From an uncultured delta proteobacterium (GTDB lineage Bacteria; Myxococcota_A; Polyangia; Polyangiales; Houyiibacteriaceae): a stretch of DNA of 64,000 nt. Below the pieces are notes generated by a model. The model was given only the letters and a program-made list of their open reading frames with translations. It was not told the DNA's origin and did not search any database. Each line of letters begins with the position of its first letter. Position 1 is the first letter of the stretch. The position numbers and the translations under genes are program-made. The stretch is from NCBI GenBank assembly GCA_963786865.1, contig CAWBAV010000013.1, forward strand, positions 65,067 to 129,066, given 5' to 3'. Of this stretch, positions 19,801-29,235 are shown piece by piece.

Positions 19801-20920
19801 AGCTGCTCGAGCGCGCGGTCGACGCCCGCCTCGTCGCCGCCGTCGACGACGAGCGCGGAGCTCGGGTCCGAACGCGTCGGGGACGACGCGAATACGCCCC
19901 TCGCCCGGCGTCGAGCGTCTGGCGGTCTTCGACGAGGGGATGGTCGCCGATCAGCGGAGCGTGGGCTCGCGCGCCGGCGTCCGCGATCTCTTCGGGGAGC
20001 TACGATCGGGATGGATATGCCCGCGGCCTCGAGGCCGAGGCGGGCGGCAAGGTCGACGGTGCCGCGGAAGCTCCCCGCCGGGCTCAGCACCGCGTCGACG
20101 CGGTCGGCGATGAGGTTCTGCGTCAGCTGTCGCCGAGCAGACCGTCGGGGGTGTACAGATTCGAGAGGTCGAGGCTCCGCTTCGCGCCGGCGCCCGGTCG
20201 AGCGGGTAGGGGACCCGCCTCCGGAGGCTCGGGCGCACGGGTCACGCGGAACGACTGGGACGTTCCGCCCGCGACGAGCGTGACGGCGATCTCGCGCACA
20301 CCGGGGTAGGTGAGCGCCCGTTCGAGAGCGGCGCGCGCGTCTCGCGTCGCCGGAGCAGCGAGCTCGATCTCGAGGGCGAGCCTCTCGACGCCGTCTGCCC
20401 GCACGCGCAACCTGCCGATGCGCGTGCCGACCGTTTCGACGCCGAGCGCCGCGGCCGCGTCGGCGATGAGGGTCTCGAAGGTCGGACCCTCGACGTCCCA
20501 GAGATGCGGGAGCCGGCCCGCCACCATCTTCGCCGCGGCGCGGAGCCCCGCCCCGTCCGCGCCCGACAGCACGAGGCCGCCGGCGCCGAGCTCGATCCGT
20601 CCCTCTCCCGGCGCGGAGATCGGACGCGTCGACTCGGAAGCGGATGGCAACGCCCTCGGAGCGCTCGGTGAGCGGAAGGTCCATCGCCATCGTCTCGAAG
20701 CCGAGACGAGCGGCCACGTCGGCAGCCGCGGCAAGGACGTCCGGCGAAGGCTCTTCTCCGAGGAATCGAGTGAGGCGTTCACGAAGTCGACGAATCCGTC
20801 ACCGTTCCGGTCCTCGAGGACCCCTCCGGGCGCGAAGAGGTCCTCGAGCCCGGGTGGGTCCTGCGCGTGAACGACGGTGGCGGCGAGGAACGTCACGGCG
20901 GCGAGAGCGGTACCTTTCAT
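16861..20920 (-). pseudogene. Large exported M14 zinc carboxypeptidase, heavily frameshifted (probably assembly errors)
   Basis: Signal peptide MKGTALAAVTFLAATVVHA; ARQHANE, PITNPDG and FLNPHGYPSH motifs in different frames. The reconstructed end ...EEESENP* overlaps the next ATG (ATGA). Confidence 0.75.
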
Positions 20921-20980
20921 GGCGGCGCGATTATGCTGCGAACGAGCCACTCCGTACAAAGTGCTATAGTCGCGAGCTCG

Positions 20981-22060
20981 ATGAGAGGAGGGGTCTTCGG
21001 TACCGGTCTCGCCGCGCTGGCGCTCGCCTTCTGCGCGAGTCACTCTCCCGACGAGCCCGCGGGGGCGCGTGCGGCCAAAGGCGAGCTCCACGAGCTCGTC
21101 CGGGCGCGGGTGGAAGCGGGAATGCTCCACCGCACCGACGGCTACGTGTACGCCATCGATGTCGCGCTCCTCATGATCTTCTCCGCCGGCGAGGGAGACG
21201 CCGCGATGTACCGTTCCCTCAGCGACTTCGCTCTCGAGCACCTCGTCCTCGACGATCCGGAGGATCCCTACACGCGCGGTTTCGTCGCCTGGCGCTATCG
21301 GGACGGCTTCGACGCGGACGCGTCAGGAACGACGGAGGCGCTTCGTGTCGCGGAGGGGCTCTGGCGAGGCGCCAAGGCCTTCGGCCGGGACGAGGATCGC
21401 GTCTGGGCGCTCGCCATTCTCGCGGGCTACGCCAAACATGCTGCCGAGGAGCAAGGCGTGTGGCTCATCCGCAACTACTTCAACCTCGGCACCCGGAGCT
21501 TCGCGACGAACTCCTATCTCGTCGACTACGCGCCCGACTTCGTCGCGGAGGTCGCCGAAGAGACCGGCGACCCGGTCCTCGCCGAGATTGCCGAGAAGTC
21601 GTACGCGCTCATCGAGCGGGCGCAATCGCCCTCGGGACTCCTCTACGCCGTGATCCAGCCGGAGGTGACGACGCTCCTCGATGACGACCGCTTGGTCGTC
21701 TTCTCGCCGAACGACGCCATCCAGGTCTCGAACTCGGCGACGATCGCTGCGGGCGCGGTGCGGGGCCGGCCCGAGATCGGACGGCGCATCGTGGAGTTCT
21801 GCTTCGAGCGCATGCCGGGCCTTCGTGGCACGTACTATGGCCGGACGTCCGAGGTGGCGCGCGACAAGCGGCCCGGCATCGAGGCCTGGGCCTCGCTCGT
21901 GCGTCTCTCGATCGCGCTCGACCGGAGGGACGCGCTCGGGCCGTTCTACGACTTCCTCGTCTCGAACGCGGGCCGGACGTGGCGCATTCCGAAAGATGCG
22001 TGGCTCTACGTGACGGCGGAGCTCCTCCTCGGTCTGCAGGCCGTCGCGCCTTCCGGATGA
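20981..22060 (+). CDS. Exported hypothetical protein, possible GH8-like (alpha/alpha)6 fold
   Basis: N-terminal hydrophobic signal; FVAWRY...DASGTTEALRVAEGLW resembles the GH8 segment around the catalytic acid. Function is uncertain. Confidence 0.55.
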   Translation: MRGGVFGTGLAALALAFCASHSPDEPAGARAAKGELHELVRARVEAGMLHRTDGYVYAIDVALLMIFSAGEGDAAMYRSLSDFALEHLVLDDPEDPYTRGFVAWRYRDGFDADASGTTEALRVAEGLWRGAKAFGRDEDRVWALAILAGYAKHAAEEQGVWLIRNYFNLGTRSFATNSYLVDYAPDFVAEVAEETGDPVLAEIAEKSYALIERAQSPSGLLYAVIQPEVTTLLDDDRLVVFSPNDAIQVSNSATIAAGAVRGRPEIGRRIVEFCFERMPGLRGTYYGRTSEVARDKRPGIEAWASLVRLSIALDRRDALGPFYDFLVSNAGRTWRIPKDAWLYVTAELLLGLQAVAPSG

Positions 22061-22878
22061 GCGACAAGCCTTCCTCGGTCTCGCAGTACTACGACCGGAA
22101 CACGCTGCGGTTTCTCGCGCGCGGCGAGGGGGGCTCCGAAGGGGTCATCCACCGCGCCGTCTGGGCCGAGGGCGTTCGCACCCGCGCCGAGGCGATGCAC
22201 TACGTGCACTCGCTGCTCCTCGAGGAGCTGGAGTCGACCGAGGCGCTGCGGCCTCGGATCCTCGACCTCGGGTGCGGGGTGGGCGCGAGCCTCCTCTACT
22301 TGCTCTCGATGCGCGAGGGGGAGGGGTACGGCGTCACCATCAGCGCCGTCCAGGCGGCGCTCGCGCGCGAGCGCGCCTCCGGTCGGGCCTCCTTTCTCGA
22401 GGGGGACTTCGAGACGACGTCTCTTCCGGACGGGATCGATCTCGGCTTCGGCATCGAGTCCTTCGTGCACGCTCGGGACGCCGGCGCCTTCTTCCGCAAC
22501 GCGGCGGGCTCGCTCCGCCCGGGAGGCCGCCTCGCCCTCTGCGACGATTTTCTGACGGCGGGACACGGCGAGGAGACCTGGGTGCGGGAGTTCCGTCTCG
22601 GCTGGCACGCGAGCTCGCTACTCGTTCCCGCGGAGGCGGACGCCCTCGCCGAGCCGCACGGGCTCGAGCTCCTCGCCGACCGCGACCTCACGCGATTTCT
22701 GGATGTCGACCGCCCTCGCGACCGCGCCATCCGCGTCGCCGTTGCGCTCGGGCGCCCTGTCGGGCTCTCGAGCCCGGGATTCCTCGCACTTCTCGGCGGC
22801 AACGCGCTCCGCCAGTGCTTGAAGCGAGGCTTCGTCACGTACCGGTTCCGGGTCTGGCGAAAGCGCGAGGTTTCGTGA
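22057..22878 (+). CDS. Class I SAM-dependent methyltransferase (tocopherol/sterol C-methyltransferase-like)
   Basis: YYD, ILDLGCGVG, GVTISAVQ and IESFVHA; ATGA overlap with the upstream gene. Confidence 0.85.
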   Translation: MSDKPSSVSQYYDRNTLRFLARGEGGSEGVIHRAVWAEGVRTRAEAMHYVHSLLLEELESTEALRPRILDLGCGVGASLLYLLSMREGEGYGVTISAVQAALARERASGRASFLEGDFETTSLPDGIDLGFGIESFVHARDAGAFFRNAAGSLRPGGRLALCDDFLTAGHGEETWVREFRLGWHASSLLVPAEADALAEPHGLELLADRDLTRFLDVDRPRDRAIRVAVALGRPVGLSSPGFLALLGGNALRQCLKRGFVTYRFRVWRKREVS

Positions 22879-22888
22879 CGAGCGCTCC

Positions 22889-23251
22889 CTACATTCCGAT
22901 GGGAACGCCGATGGCGCGGAGGACTCCAACTTCCACCTGCTCGAGCACGCGTTTCGGAAGCGGCCCCCCTAGAGCCGACGGAAGAAGGTAGTCCTTCGGA
23001 AGCGTCGTGATTTGCTCGCACTTCAGCATGGACGCCTTCTCGATCCCCCCGTCACGCTTGCGAAGACGGACGTGAGTGGGCGCCGGGCGATCGGTCGTCG
23101 AGCACGGGATGACGAGAACATTGCTCGCGAAGCGGTTGCGCGCGTCGATCGAGATCACGAGCGCGGGACGGCGCTTGCGCCCAGGCTCGCCCGGAATCGT
23201 CACCCAGTACAGGCAGCCGCGCCGCGGATACTCGTCACTTCCAGGTCTCAT
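22889..23251 (-). CDS. mazF: MazF/PemK-family toxin
   Basis: RRG.LYWV....PG.KRRPALVIS...N, VIPCST and CEQITT. Confidence 0.9.
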   Translation of the reverse strand: MRPGSDEYPRRGCLYWVTIPGEPGRKRRPALVISIDARNRFASNVLVIPCSTTDRPAPTHVRLRKRDGGIEKASMLKCEQITTLPKDYLLPSALGGPLPKRVLEQVEVGVLRAIGVPIGM

Positions 23252-23483
23252 GCACCGCGCCCGCCGAGTGAGCCGCCCACTCGGCATCCTCTTTCTCGTC
23301 CTCGTTGGTGAGCTCTCGGTAGTACGCCTCGGTGGCGTGCTCCAACGATTCGGCCTTCCTGTCTCGGAGCCAGCGCGCTAGCGCGATCTCGACGATCTCG
23401 CTTCGAGACGCATCGACCGCGAGCTCGTCGATCCGTCGCACGAGCCCGGAGTCTACCGTCACGGAGATCTTCGTTTTCGCCAT
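23235..23483 (-). CDS. Ribbon-helix-helix antitoxin
   Basis: TKISVTVD strand and SRSEIVEIAL helix; acidic C-terminus; overlaps the toxin start. Confidence 0.85.
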   Translation of the reverse strand: MAKTKISVTVDSGLVRRIDELAVDASRSEIVEIALARWLRDRKAESLEHATEAYYRELTNEDEKEDAEWAAHSAGAVHETWK

Positions 23484-23545
23484 AGTAGGACATTGTATCC
23501 GACAGATCGGAAGATGAAAAACGGACTCCCGAACGCGGCAGGAGC

Positions 23546-24529
23546 TCAGGCCGATCTTCTCGTCTCCGCGACGCCTCGGGCCCGAAAGCGCTGCACGAGA
23601 TCGTTCGCGGCGAGGCGCCACTCCGGGAATTGGAGCTCGAAGCCGCTGTCCAGGAGGCGTCCCGGCACGACGCGGCGACTCTTGAGGACGAGCTCCGAGT
23701 CGGTGCGAAGGAAGAAAGCTCCGACCTCGAGCATCCACTTCGTCGCTGGCAGGGCGAGCCTCCGGCCCCACGCCTCGCGGAGGGCCGCCATGAACGCCTC
23801 CTGAGTGACGGGAGAGGGCGCCGCGAGGTTCACCGGGCCCTCGAGCTCGGTGCGTTCGACGAGAAAACGAAGGGCGCCCACGAAGTCCTCGTCGTGAATC
23901 CAGGACATGTACTGTCGCCCGTCGCCGATTCTGCCGCCGAGGCCGAAACGCGTGAGCCGCAGCAGGACGTCGAAGGGTCCTCCGGGCTCGGGGCTCATCA
24001 CCATGGCGGTTCGCAGCGCCATCTTGCGCGTCCGCGGCGTCCGGGCTTCGCCGAGGGTGCGCTCCCACGCGCGCGCGATGTCGATGCTGTAGCGCCAGTA
24101 CGCGGGGGCGCCGGGCTCGTCGCCGCCCAGGATGCCGGAGGCTTCGTCGTTGTCCGCGTCGAAACGGTGGGCGTAGATCGTCGCGGTGCTCATCTGGAGC
24201 CAGGTGTGGGGCGGCGTTCGAGCGGAGGCGATCGCTTCGCCGACGGCGCGTGTGGACTCGACCCGAGAATCCATCATCTCCCGGAGGTTGGCGACCGTAT
24301 AGCGGCAGTCGACGCTCCGGCCCGCGAGGTTGATAACGACGTCGGCCCCGTCGATCTCCTCCGCCCAGGGCCCGAGCGTCCTGCCGTCCCAAGAAACGCT
24401 GCGTGGAGTGGCGCCCGGCGGGGTCCCCCGGCCCCGACTCAAGATCACGACTTCGTCTCCGCGCGCCCCGAAGGCCCGGGAGACGAGTCGACCGAGATGT
24501 CCGCTGCCGCCTGGAATGACGATCTTCAT
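23546..24529 (-). CDS. TIGR01777-family NAD-dependent epimerase with DUF1731
   Basis: GGSGHLG, INLAG, GDGRQYMSWIH and SRRVVP.RL...GF...F. Confidence 0.9.
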   Translation of the reverse strand: MKIVIPGGSGHLGRLVSRAFGARGDEVVILSRGRGTPPGATPRSVSWDGRTLGPWAEEIDGADVVINLAGRSVDCRYTVANLREMMDSRVESTRAVGEAIASARTPPHTWLQMSTATIYAHRFDADNDEASGILGGDEPGAPAYWRYSIDIARAWERTLGEARTPRTRKMALRTAMVMSPEPGGPFDVLLRLTRFGLGGRIGDGRQYMSWIHDEDFVGALRFLVERTELEGPVNLAAPSPVTQEAFMAALREAWGRRLALPATKWMLEVGAFFLRTDSELVLKSRRVVPGRLLDSGFELQFPEWRLAANDLVQRFRARGVAETRRSA

Positions 24530-24574
24530 CGTTGGCTCCTCACTTGCTTTGGCCAGGGCGAGTCTGTAATTATA

Positions 24575-24588
24575 GTAAACACGTTTAC
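24575..24588. promoter_or_regulatory. Putative TetR operator
   Basis: GTAAAC-ac-GTTTAC palindrome in the AT-rich gap between the divergent epimerase and TetR genes. Confidence 0.6.
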
Positions 24589-24603
24589 CACAAATAGCAA
24601 GGA

Positions 24604-25293
24604 GTGGCCAGGACCTTGAGAGGGAGACCGAAAGGGCGCACTGAAAAGGGGTTACAGGCCCGGGCCGAGCTCTATCGAACGGCGATCCGGCTCTTCGAGG
24701 AGCGGGGCTACGAGCGGACGACGCTCCGGCAGATCGCGACGGCGGCGGGAGTGAGCCCCGGCCTCCTCTACAAGTATTTCCCGAGCAAGAGCGCCGTCGT
24801 GCTCGCGCTCTACGACGAGCTTTCTGCGGAGCTCCGGAGCCGGACTCGAGCGATGAAACCGGGCCCCTGGCGCGACCGAGCGTTCTTCGTCCTCGAGACG
24901 AGCCTCGGCGTCTTGGCGCCCCACCGATCGACGCTCGCCGCGCTCACGCCCGTTCTCGTGGGCGATCCCGAGCAAGGCCTGTTCTCCGAGCGCACGGCGT
25001 TCTCGCGCTCGCGGGTCCAGGGTGCCTTCGTCGAGGCGGTCCGCGGATCACGGGAGAAGCTCGCCCCGCGAGACGCCGCCGCGCTCGGGCGGCTCCTGTA
25101 CGTCGCTCATCTGGCCATCGTTCTTTGGTGGCTTCTGGACAAGAGTCCGGGGCAATATGCGACCAAAGCCCTCATCGCCGCCGTTCGCCAGCTCGCCCCC
25201 GCGGCCGGGCTCGCGATGCGGCTGCCGGCGACGCGCGCCACCGTCCGGCGGCTGGACGAGCTCGTGCGGCAGGGCCTCTTCGGTGAGCCCTGA
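24604..25293 (+). CDS. TetR/AcrR-family regulator
   Basis: LFEERGYERTTLRQIA..AGVS.G.LYKYFPSK. Confidence 0.9.
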   Translation: MARTLRGRPKGRTEKGLQARAELYRTAIRLFEERGYERTTLRQIATAAGVSPGLLYKYFPSKSAVVLALYDELSAELRSRTRAMKPGPWRDRAFFVLETSLGVLAPHRSTLAALTPVLVGDPEQGLFSERTAFSRSRVQGAFVEAVRGSREKLAPRDAAALGRLLYVAHLAIVLWWLLDKSPGQYATKALIAAVRQLAPAAGLAMRLPATRATVRRLDELVRQGLFGEP

Positions 25294-25355
25294 AACCGGG
25301 CGGCATCGCCACGGGTTCTCGGGCTTTCGAAAGAGCGAGGTATCATGACGCGGTC

Positions 25356-25946
25356 ATGCCGAATCGGCTTCGCATCGTTTCCGTCGCCGTCGCTCTGGGG
25401 CTCGGGCTCGCCTCGTCGAGCCTCGCCGAGACCCGTCGCTACGTCATCGACCCCCAGCACTTGACCATGGGTTTTCTCGTGGAGCACCTCGGCTTCGCCA
25501 AGGTGTTCGGCCGCTTTACCGAGGTCGAAGGGAGCTTCGATTTCGACGAGGACGCCGCCCGGATCGAGAACGTGCGCGTTACGGTGAAGACGGCGAGCGT
25601 CGACACGTCGGTCGCGCCTCGCGATCGACACCTGCGCAGTGCGGATTTTCTCGACGTGGAGAACCACCCCGAGATGGTCTTCACGTCGCCGGGAACGACG
25701 CTCGTCGAGCGGAAGGGAAGCCTCACGGGCGTGCTCACGATCCGCGGCTCGCCGCGAACGCTCACGCTCGACGTGACGTGGAACAAGAGCGGGGTCTCGC
25801 CCCTGCCCGGAGAGCCCTACGTCGCCGGCATGTCCGCCCGTGGGAGCGTGCGGCGCAGCGAGTTCGGCATCACCTACGGGGTGGCCGACGGGCTCGTGGG
25901 AGACGAGGTCGAGCTCCTCCTCGAGCTCGAAGCCCACCGGCAATGA
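25356..25946 (+). CDS. yceI: YceI-family lipid/isoprenoid-binding periplasmic protein
   Basis: YVIDPQH, SVDT....RDRHLRSADFLDV..HP and RSEFGI; signal peptide. Confidence 0.9.
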   Translation: MPNRLRIVSVAVALGLGLASSSLAETRRYVIDPQHLTMGFLVEHLGFAKVFGRFTEVEGSFDFDEDAARIENVRVTVKTASVDTSVAPRDRHLRSADFLDVENHPEMVFTSPGTTLVERKGSLTGVLTIRGSPRTLTLDVTWNKSGVSPLPGEPYVAGMSARGSVRRSEFGITYGVADGLVGDEVELLLELEAHRQ

Positions 25947-27520
25947 GAACCTCTCTTCTCCCCATCGCGGCGCTCGTCTACCTGAACGCTCTCTTCACCT
26001 TCGAGAACGTCCCCTCGACGCCGGCTCTCACCCTCGCGCCGAGGCTTTCGTTCGAGCTGCTGCTCATCATCATGGGGCTCGCGCTCGCGAAGGCCCTCGG
26101 CTTCCGGCTCTCCCGCCTGGCGGTCGGGTCGCTATCGGTCCTGCTGCTCCTCGCGACCCTCGTCCGCTACGTCGACGTGACGGCGAAAGGGGTCCTCGGG
26201 CGCGAGTTCGACCTCTACGGGGACTTCCCGCACCTGCACCGCGTCTTCGCCATGTTCTGGGACGCCTTGCCCTGGACGACGATGGTCCCCGTCGTCGCCG
26301 TCGTGGCGCTCGTCGCCCTCGTCGCCCTCGCGCTCGACTGGGGCGCGATCCGCGCCCTGGAGCGGGCTTTCGAGGCTTCCCTGCCGAGGCGTCTCGCCCT
26401 CGTCGCCGCTCCGGTGGCCGCGGCCGCTTTTTGCCTGGGAGGAGGCGGCGGCTTCTCGACGACGGTGGGCGGCATCGTCTTTCGTCAGGTCGGAAACCTC
26501 AGAGGGGGCGAGACCGCCCGGCTCGCTGTCGACGCCGTGGAGCTCCCCCCGGAGGCTCGCGCGTCGAACCTCGCCCGCCTGCACGGCGCGAACGTCTTCG
26601 TCATCTTTCTCGAGTCCTACGGCGTGACTCTGATCGAGGACTCGCAGCACTACGAGGCCATCGCACCGCGGTACCGGGAGCTGGAGGAAAGACTGCGCGG
26701 CGCGGGCTACGTGTTCGCCTCGAGCCAGATCCAGTCGCCTACCTTCGGCGGCGGCTCCTGGCGCGCGCACGCGAGCCTGCTCTCCGGGGTGCAGGTCGAC
26801 TCCCAGCACGTCTACGACGCGCTTCTCGCGTCGGGCCGGACGACCCTCGTTTCGGTGATGAGGGAGCACGGCTACCGCACGGTCGCCGCCGAGCCCGGCA
26901 TCAAGTGGTTCTGGCCCGACGGGCTCTTCTACGGTTTCGACAAGATCTACGATTTCGACGCGCTCGACTATCGGGGCCCTTCGATGGGCTGGTGGAAGAT
27001 CCCCGACCAGTTCACGCTCTATCGCATCTACAAGGACGAGGTCCGCGGCGCGAAACGCCCCCTTTTCGCGAAATTCTCGCTGATCATGACCCACATCCCT
27101 TACTACCCGGTGCCCGCCTACGTTGCCGACTGGTCGCGCTTCGATGACGGCACCGCTTTCGAGACGGGGCTTCACTCCGTGGCGCATGACGCCTACAAGG
27201 ACCTGCGCGAGCTCTCGAGCTGGTACGTCGACGCTTTTCGCTACGAGCTCGACAACCTCCAGGGTTTTCTCCTCGACTACGTCCCCGAGAACTCGCTCGT
27301 CATCGTTCTGGGAGACCACCAGCCTCCGAAGCTCGCGATGCACGACAGCGGAAGCTGGGCGGTCCCCATCCACGTCTTCAGCAAGCGTGCGGATCTCGTC
27401 CGTGCCTTCGACGCGCTCGGCTTCGAGCCCGGGCTCGTGCCCCGGTCTCCCAACCGTCTCCGGATGGCGGACTTCATGGCTTGTTTCCTCGAGATCTTCG
27501 ACGCTCGGGAGGCGAATTGA
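25943..27520 (+). CDS. Membrane-anchored alkaline-phosphatase-superfamily (sulfatase/phosphoglycerol-transferase-like) protein
   Basis: About 5 N-terminal TM segments; FLESYG, SPTFGGGSW, THIPY and VLGDHQP; ATGA overlap with yceI. Confidence 0.8.
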   Translation: MRTSLLPIAALVYLNALFTFENVPSTPALTLAPRLSFELLLIIMGLALAKALGFRLSRLAVGSLSVLLLLATLVRYVDVTAKGVLGREFDLYGDFPHLHRVFAMFWDALPWTTMVPVVAVVALVALVALALDWGAIRALERAFEASLPRRLALVAAPVAAAAFCLGGGGGFSTTVGGIVFRQVGNLRGGETARLAVDAVELPPEARASNLARLHGANVFVIFLESYGVTLIEDSQHYEAIAPRYRELEERLRGAGYVFASSQIQSPTFGGGSWRAHASLLSGVQVDSQHVYDALLASGRTTLVSVMREHGYRTVAAEPGIKWFWPDGLFYGFDKIYDFDALDYRGPSMGWWKIPDQFTLYRIYKDEVRGAKRPLFAKFSLIMTHIPYYPVPAYVADWSRFDDGTAFETGLHSVAHDAYKDLRELSSWYVDAFRYELDNLQGFLLDYVPENSLVIVLGDHQPPKLAMHDSGSWAVPIHVFSKRADLVRAFDALGFEPGLVPRSPNRLRMADFMACFLEIFDAREAN

Positions 27521-28255
27521 ACGTGCCCGCGGTCCCTTGTTCCGCGGAAGTGGCGGTGGCCTCTCTCAGGCGCCAGTGGGCGCTCGTCGCTCTCGGGGGC
27601 TTCGTCGTTCTCGGCGGCGCGGGCGTGACCCGCCCGCTCTCGCTCGTCCTCTCTATTCCCGTCTGGGCGATCTGCCTCTCTGATCCTCTTCCGCGGGCTC
27701 GAGGAGAACCGCGGGCGAGCGACAGACGTGCTCGCGCTCACGCTCGGCTGGCCCACCGCGGTGACGCTGGCCCGGGGTCTGCTGATCGCGCTTCTCGCGG
27801 GCTCGGCAGTGCTCTCGCCTCTCCTGGGAGCCGCCGCCTATTCCGTCGCCGCGGTCCTCGACCACGTGGACGGCCGTCTCGCGCGGCGCCTCGGTCGCAC
27901 GACGCGCCTCGGAGCGAGGCTCGACATGGAGATCGACGCCCTCGGCATCCTCGTCGCGACCGCGGTCGCGATCCACTTCGGCAAGCTCGGCGTCGGTTAT
28001 CTCGCCGTCGGTCTCGCGCGCTACGTCTTCGTCGCGGGGCTGCGGCTGCGGGATCGACTCGGTCTTGGGGTGCGAGCGCTCGACTCGAGCGATCTGCGCC
28101 GCGTGCTCGCGGGCTGCCAGATGGGCTTTCTCGCCGTCGCCCTCTGGCCCGTCGTGCCCCTCGAGCTCACCCGGGCGGCCTCGGTCCTCTTCGGGGGCGC
28201 CACGCTCGGGATGTTCTGGCGCGACTTCCGCTTCGCTTCGCGCGATCCGGTCTAG
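27517..28255 (+). CDS. CDP-alcohol phosphatidyltransferase (one frameshift near 27,700)
   Basis: TTG start with SD ggagg; DHVDGRLARRLGRTT.LGARLDMEID is the DxxDGxxAR...GxxxD motif. Confidence 0.85.
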
Positions 28256-28260
28256 CCACC

Positions 28261-29235
28261 ATGCGGCGACGGCTCGTCCGGGCCGCTCTCTGGGTCACGG
28301 GCATCGCTCTCGTCGTCTGGGCGCTCCGCCGAGTCGAGCTCCTCGAGGCGTTTCGCGCCGTGCTGCGGCTCGACGCGGGGGGCATCGCCGCTCTCGCCGC
28401 TGTCAACCTCTTTGCGCTCTTGCTCTTCACCGTGAGGTGGTGGGTGATCCTTCGCGGGCTCGGCTATCGCGTCGGGATTCTCCGCGCGAGCCTCTATCGG
28501 CTCGGGGCCTTCGGCTTCAGCTATTTCACCCCCGGGCCCCAGATGGGGGGCGAGCCCGTTCAGGTGCTGCTCTTGGAGCGCCGGCACTCCGTTCCGCTCG
28601 ACCGCGCCGTGGCTTCCGTCGCTTTGGACCGGCTCGTCGACGCTGCCGTCAACCTCGCCTTCCTGCTCGCGGCGGGACTCTACTTGCTTCGCGACAGGGC
28701 CACGCTCTTTCTCGGGGCGCTCGCGGTGCTGCCCGTGCTGTACCTCGCCCTGCTTTTCGGAGGCGAGCGGCCGGTGACCCGTCTACTCGAAGCGCTCGGG
28801 GGCGCGGCGCGCTTCGAAAGAGTGGTCCGCCTCGTCGCGGGAAGCGAGGCCGAGGCGGGCCGTTTCTGCCGCGCCCATCCGGGGCATCTCGCGCTCGCCC
28901 TCCTCGCGACGCTCGCGGGCTTCAGTCTCATGCTCTTCGAGTACGGTCTTCTCGCCTCGCTTCTCGGGATGCCGCTCGGGCTCGAGGAGCTCGTGCTCGG
29001 CTTGAGCGCAGCGCGCGTCGCCTACCTTCTCGTCTTTCCCGCCGCGCTCGGCGTCTTCGAGGCGGGGCAGATCGCGGCGGTGACGGCGATGGGCTTTCCG
29101 CCGCACCTGGGCGTGAGCCTGAGCCTCGTCATCCGCTTCCGAGACGTGCTCCTGGGGACGGTCGGTCTCGTTTGGGGGCTGCGGGCGCTCGCGTCGGGGG
29201 CGAGCCGGTCGAGCTCTTACTCGTCGTCGCGGTAG
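28261..29235 (+). CDS. UPF0104 / lysylphosphatidylglycerol-synthase TM-region (flippase-like) protein
   Basis: RWWVIL, SYFTPGPQMGGEP, LDRLVD and PAALGVFE; multiple TM helices. Confidence 0.85.
   Translation: MRRRLVRAALWVTGIALVVWALRRVELLEAFRAVLRLDAGGIAALAAVNLFALLLFTVRWWVILRGLGYRVGILRASLYRLGAFGFSYFTPGPQMGGEPVQVLLLERRHSVPLDRAVASVALDRLVDAAVNLAFLLAAGLYLLRDRATLFLGALAVLPVLYLALLFGGERPVTRLLEALGGAARFERVVRLVAGSEAEAGRFCRAHPGHLALALLATLAGFSLMLFEYGLLASLLGMPLGLEELVLGLSAARVAYLLVFPAALGVFEAGQIAAVTAMGFPPHLGVSLSLVIRFRDVLLGTVGLVWGLRALASGASRSSSYSSSR

Noticed and set aside
22889-23483. RHH-MazF pair as a novel system
   Set aside because: It is an ordinary type II toxin-antitoxin architecture.
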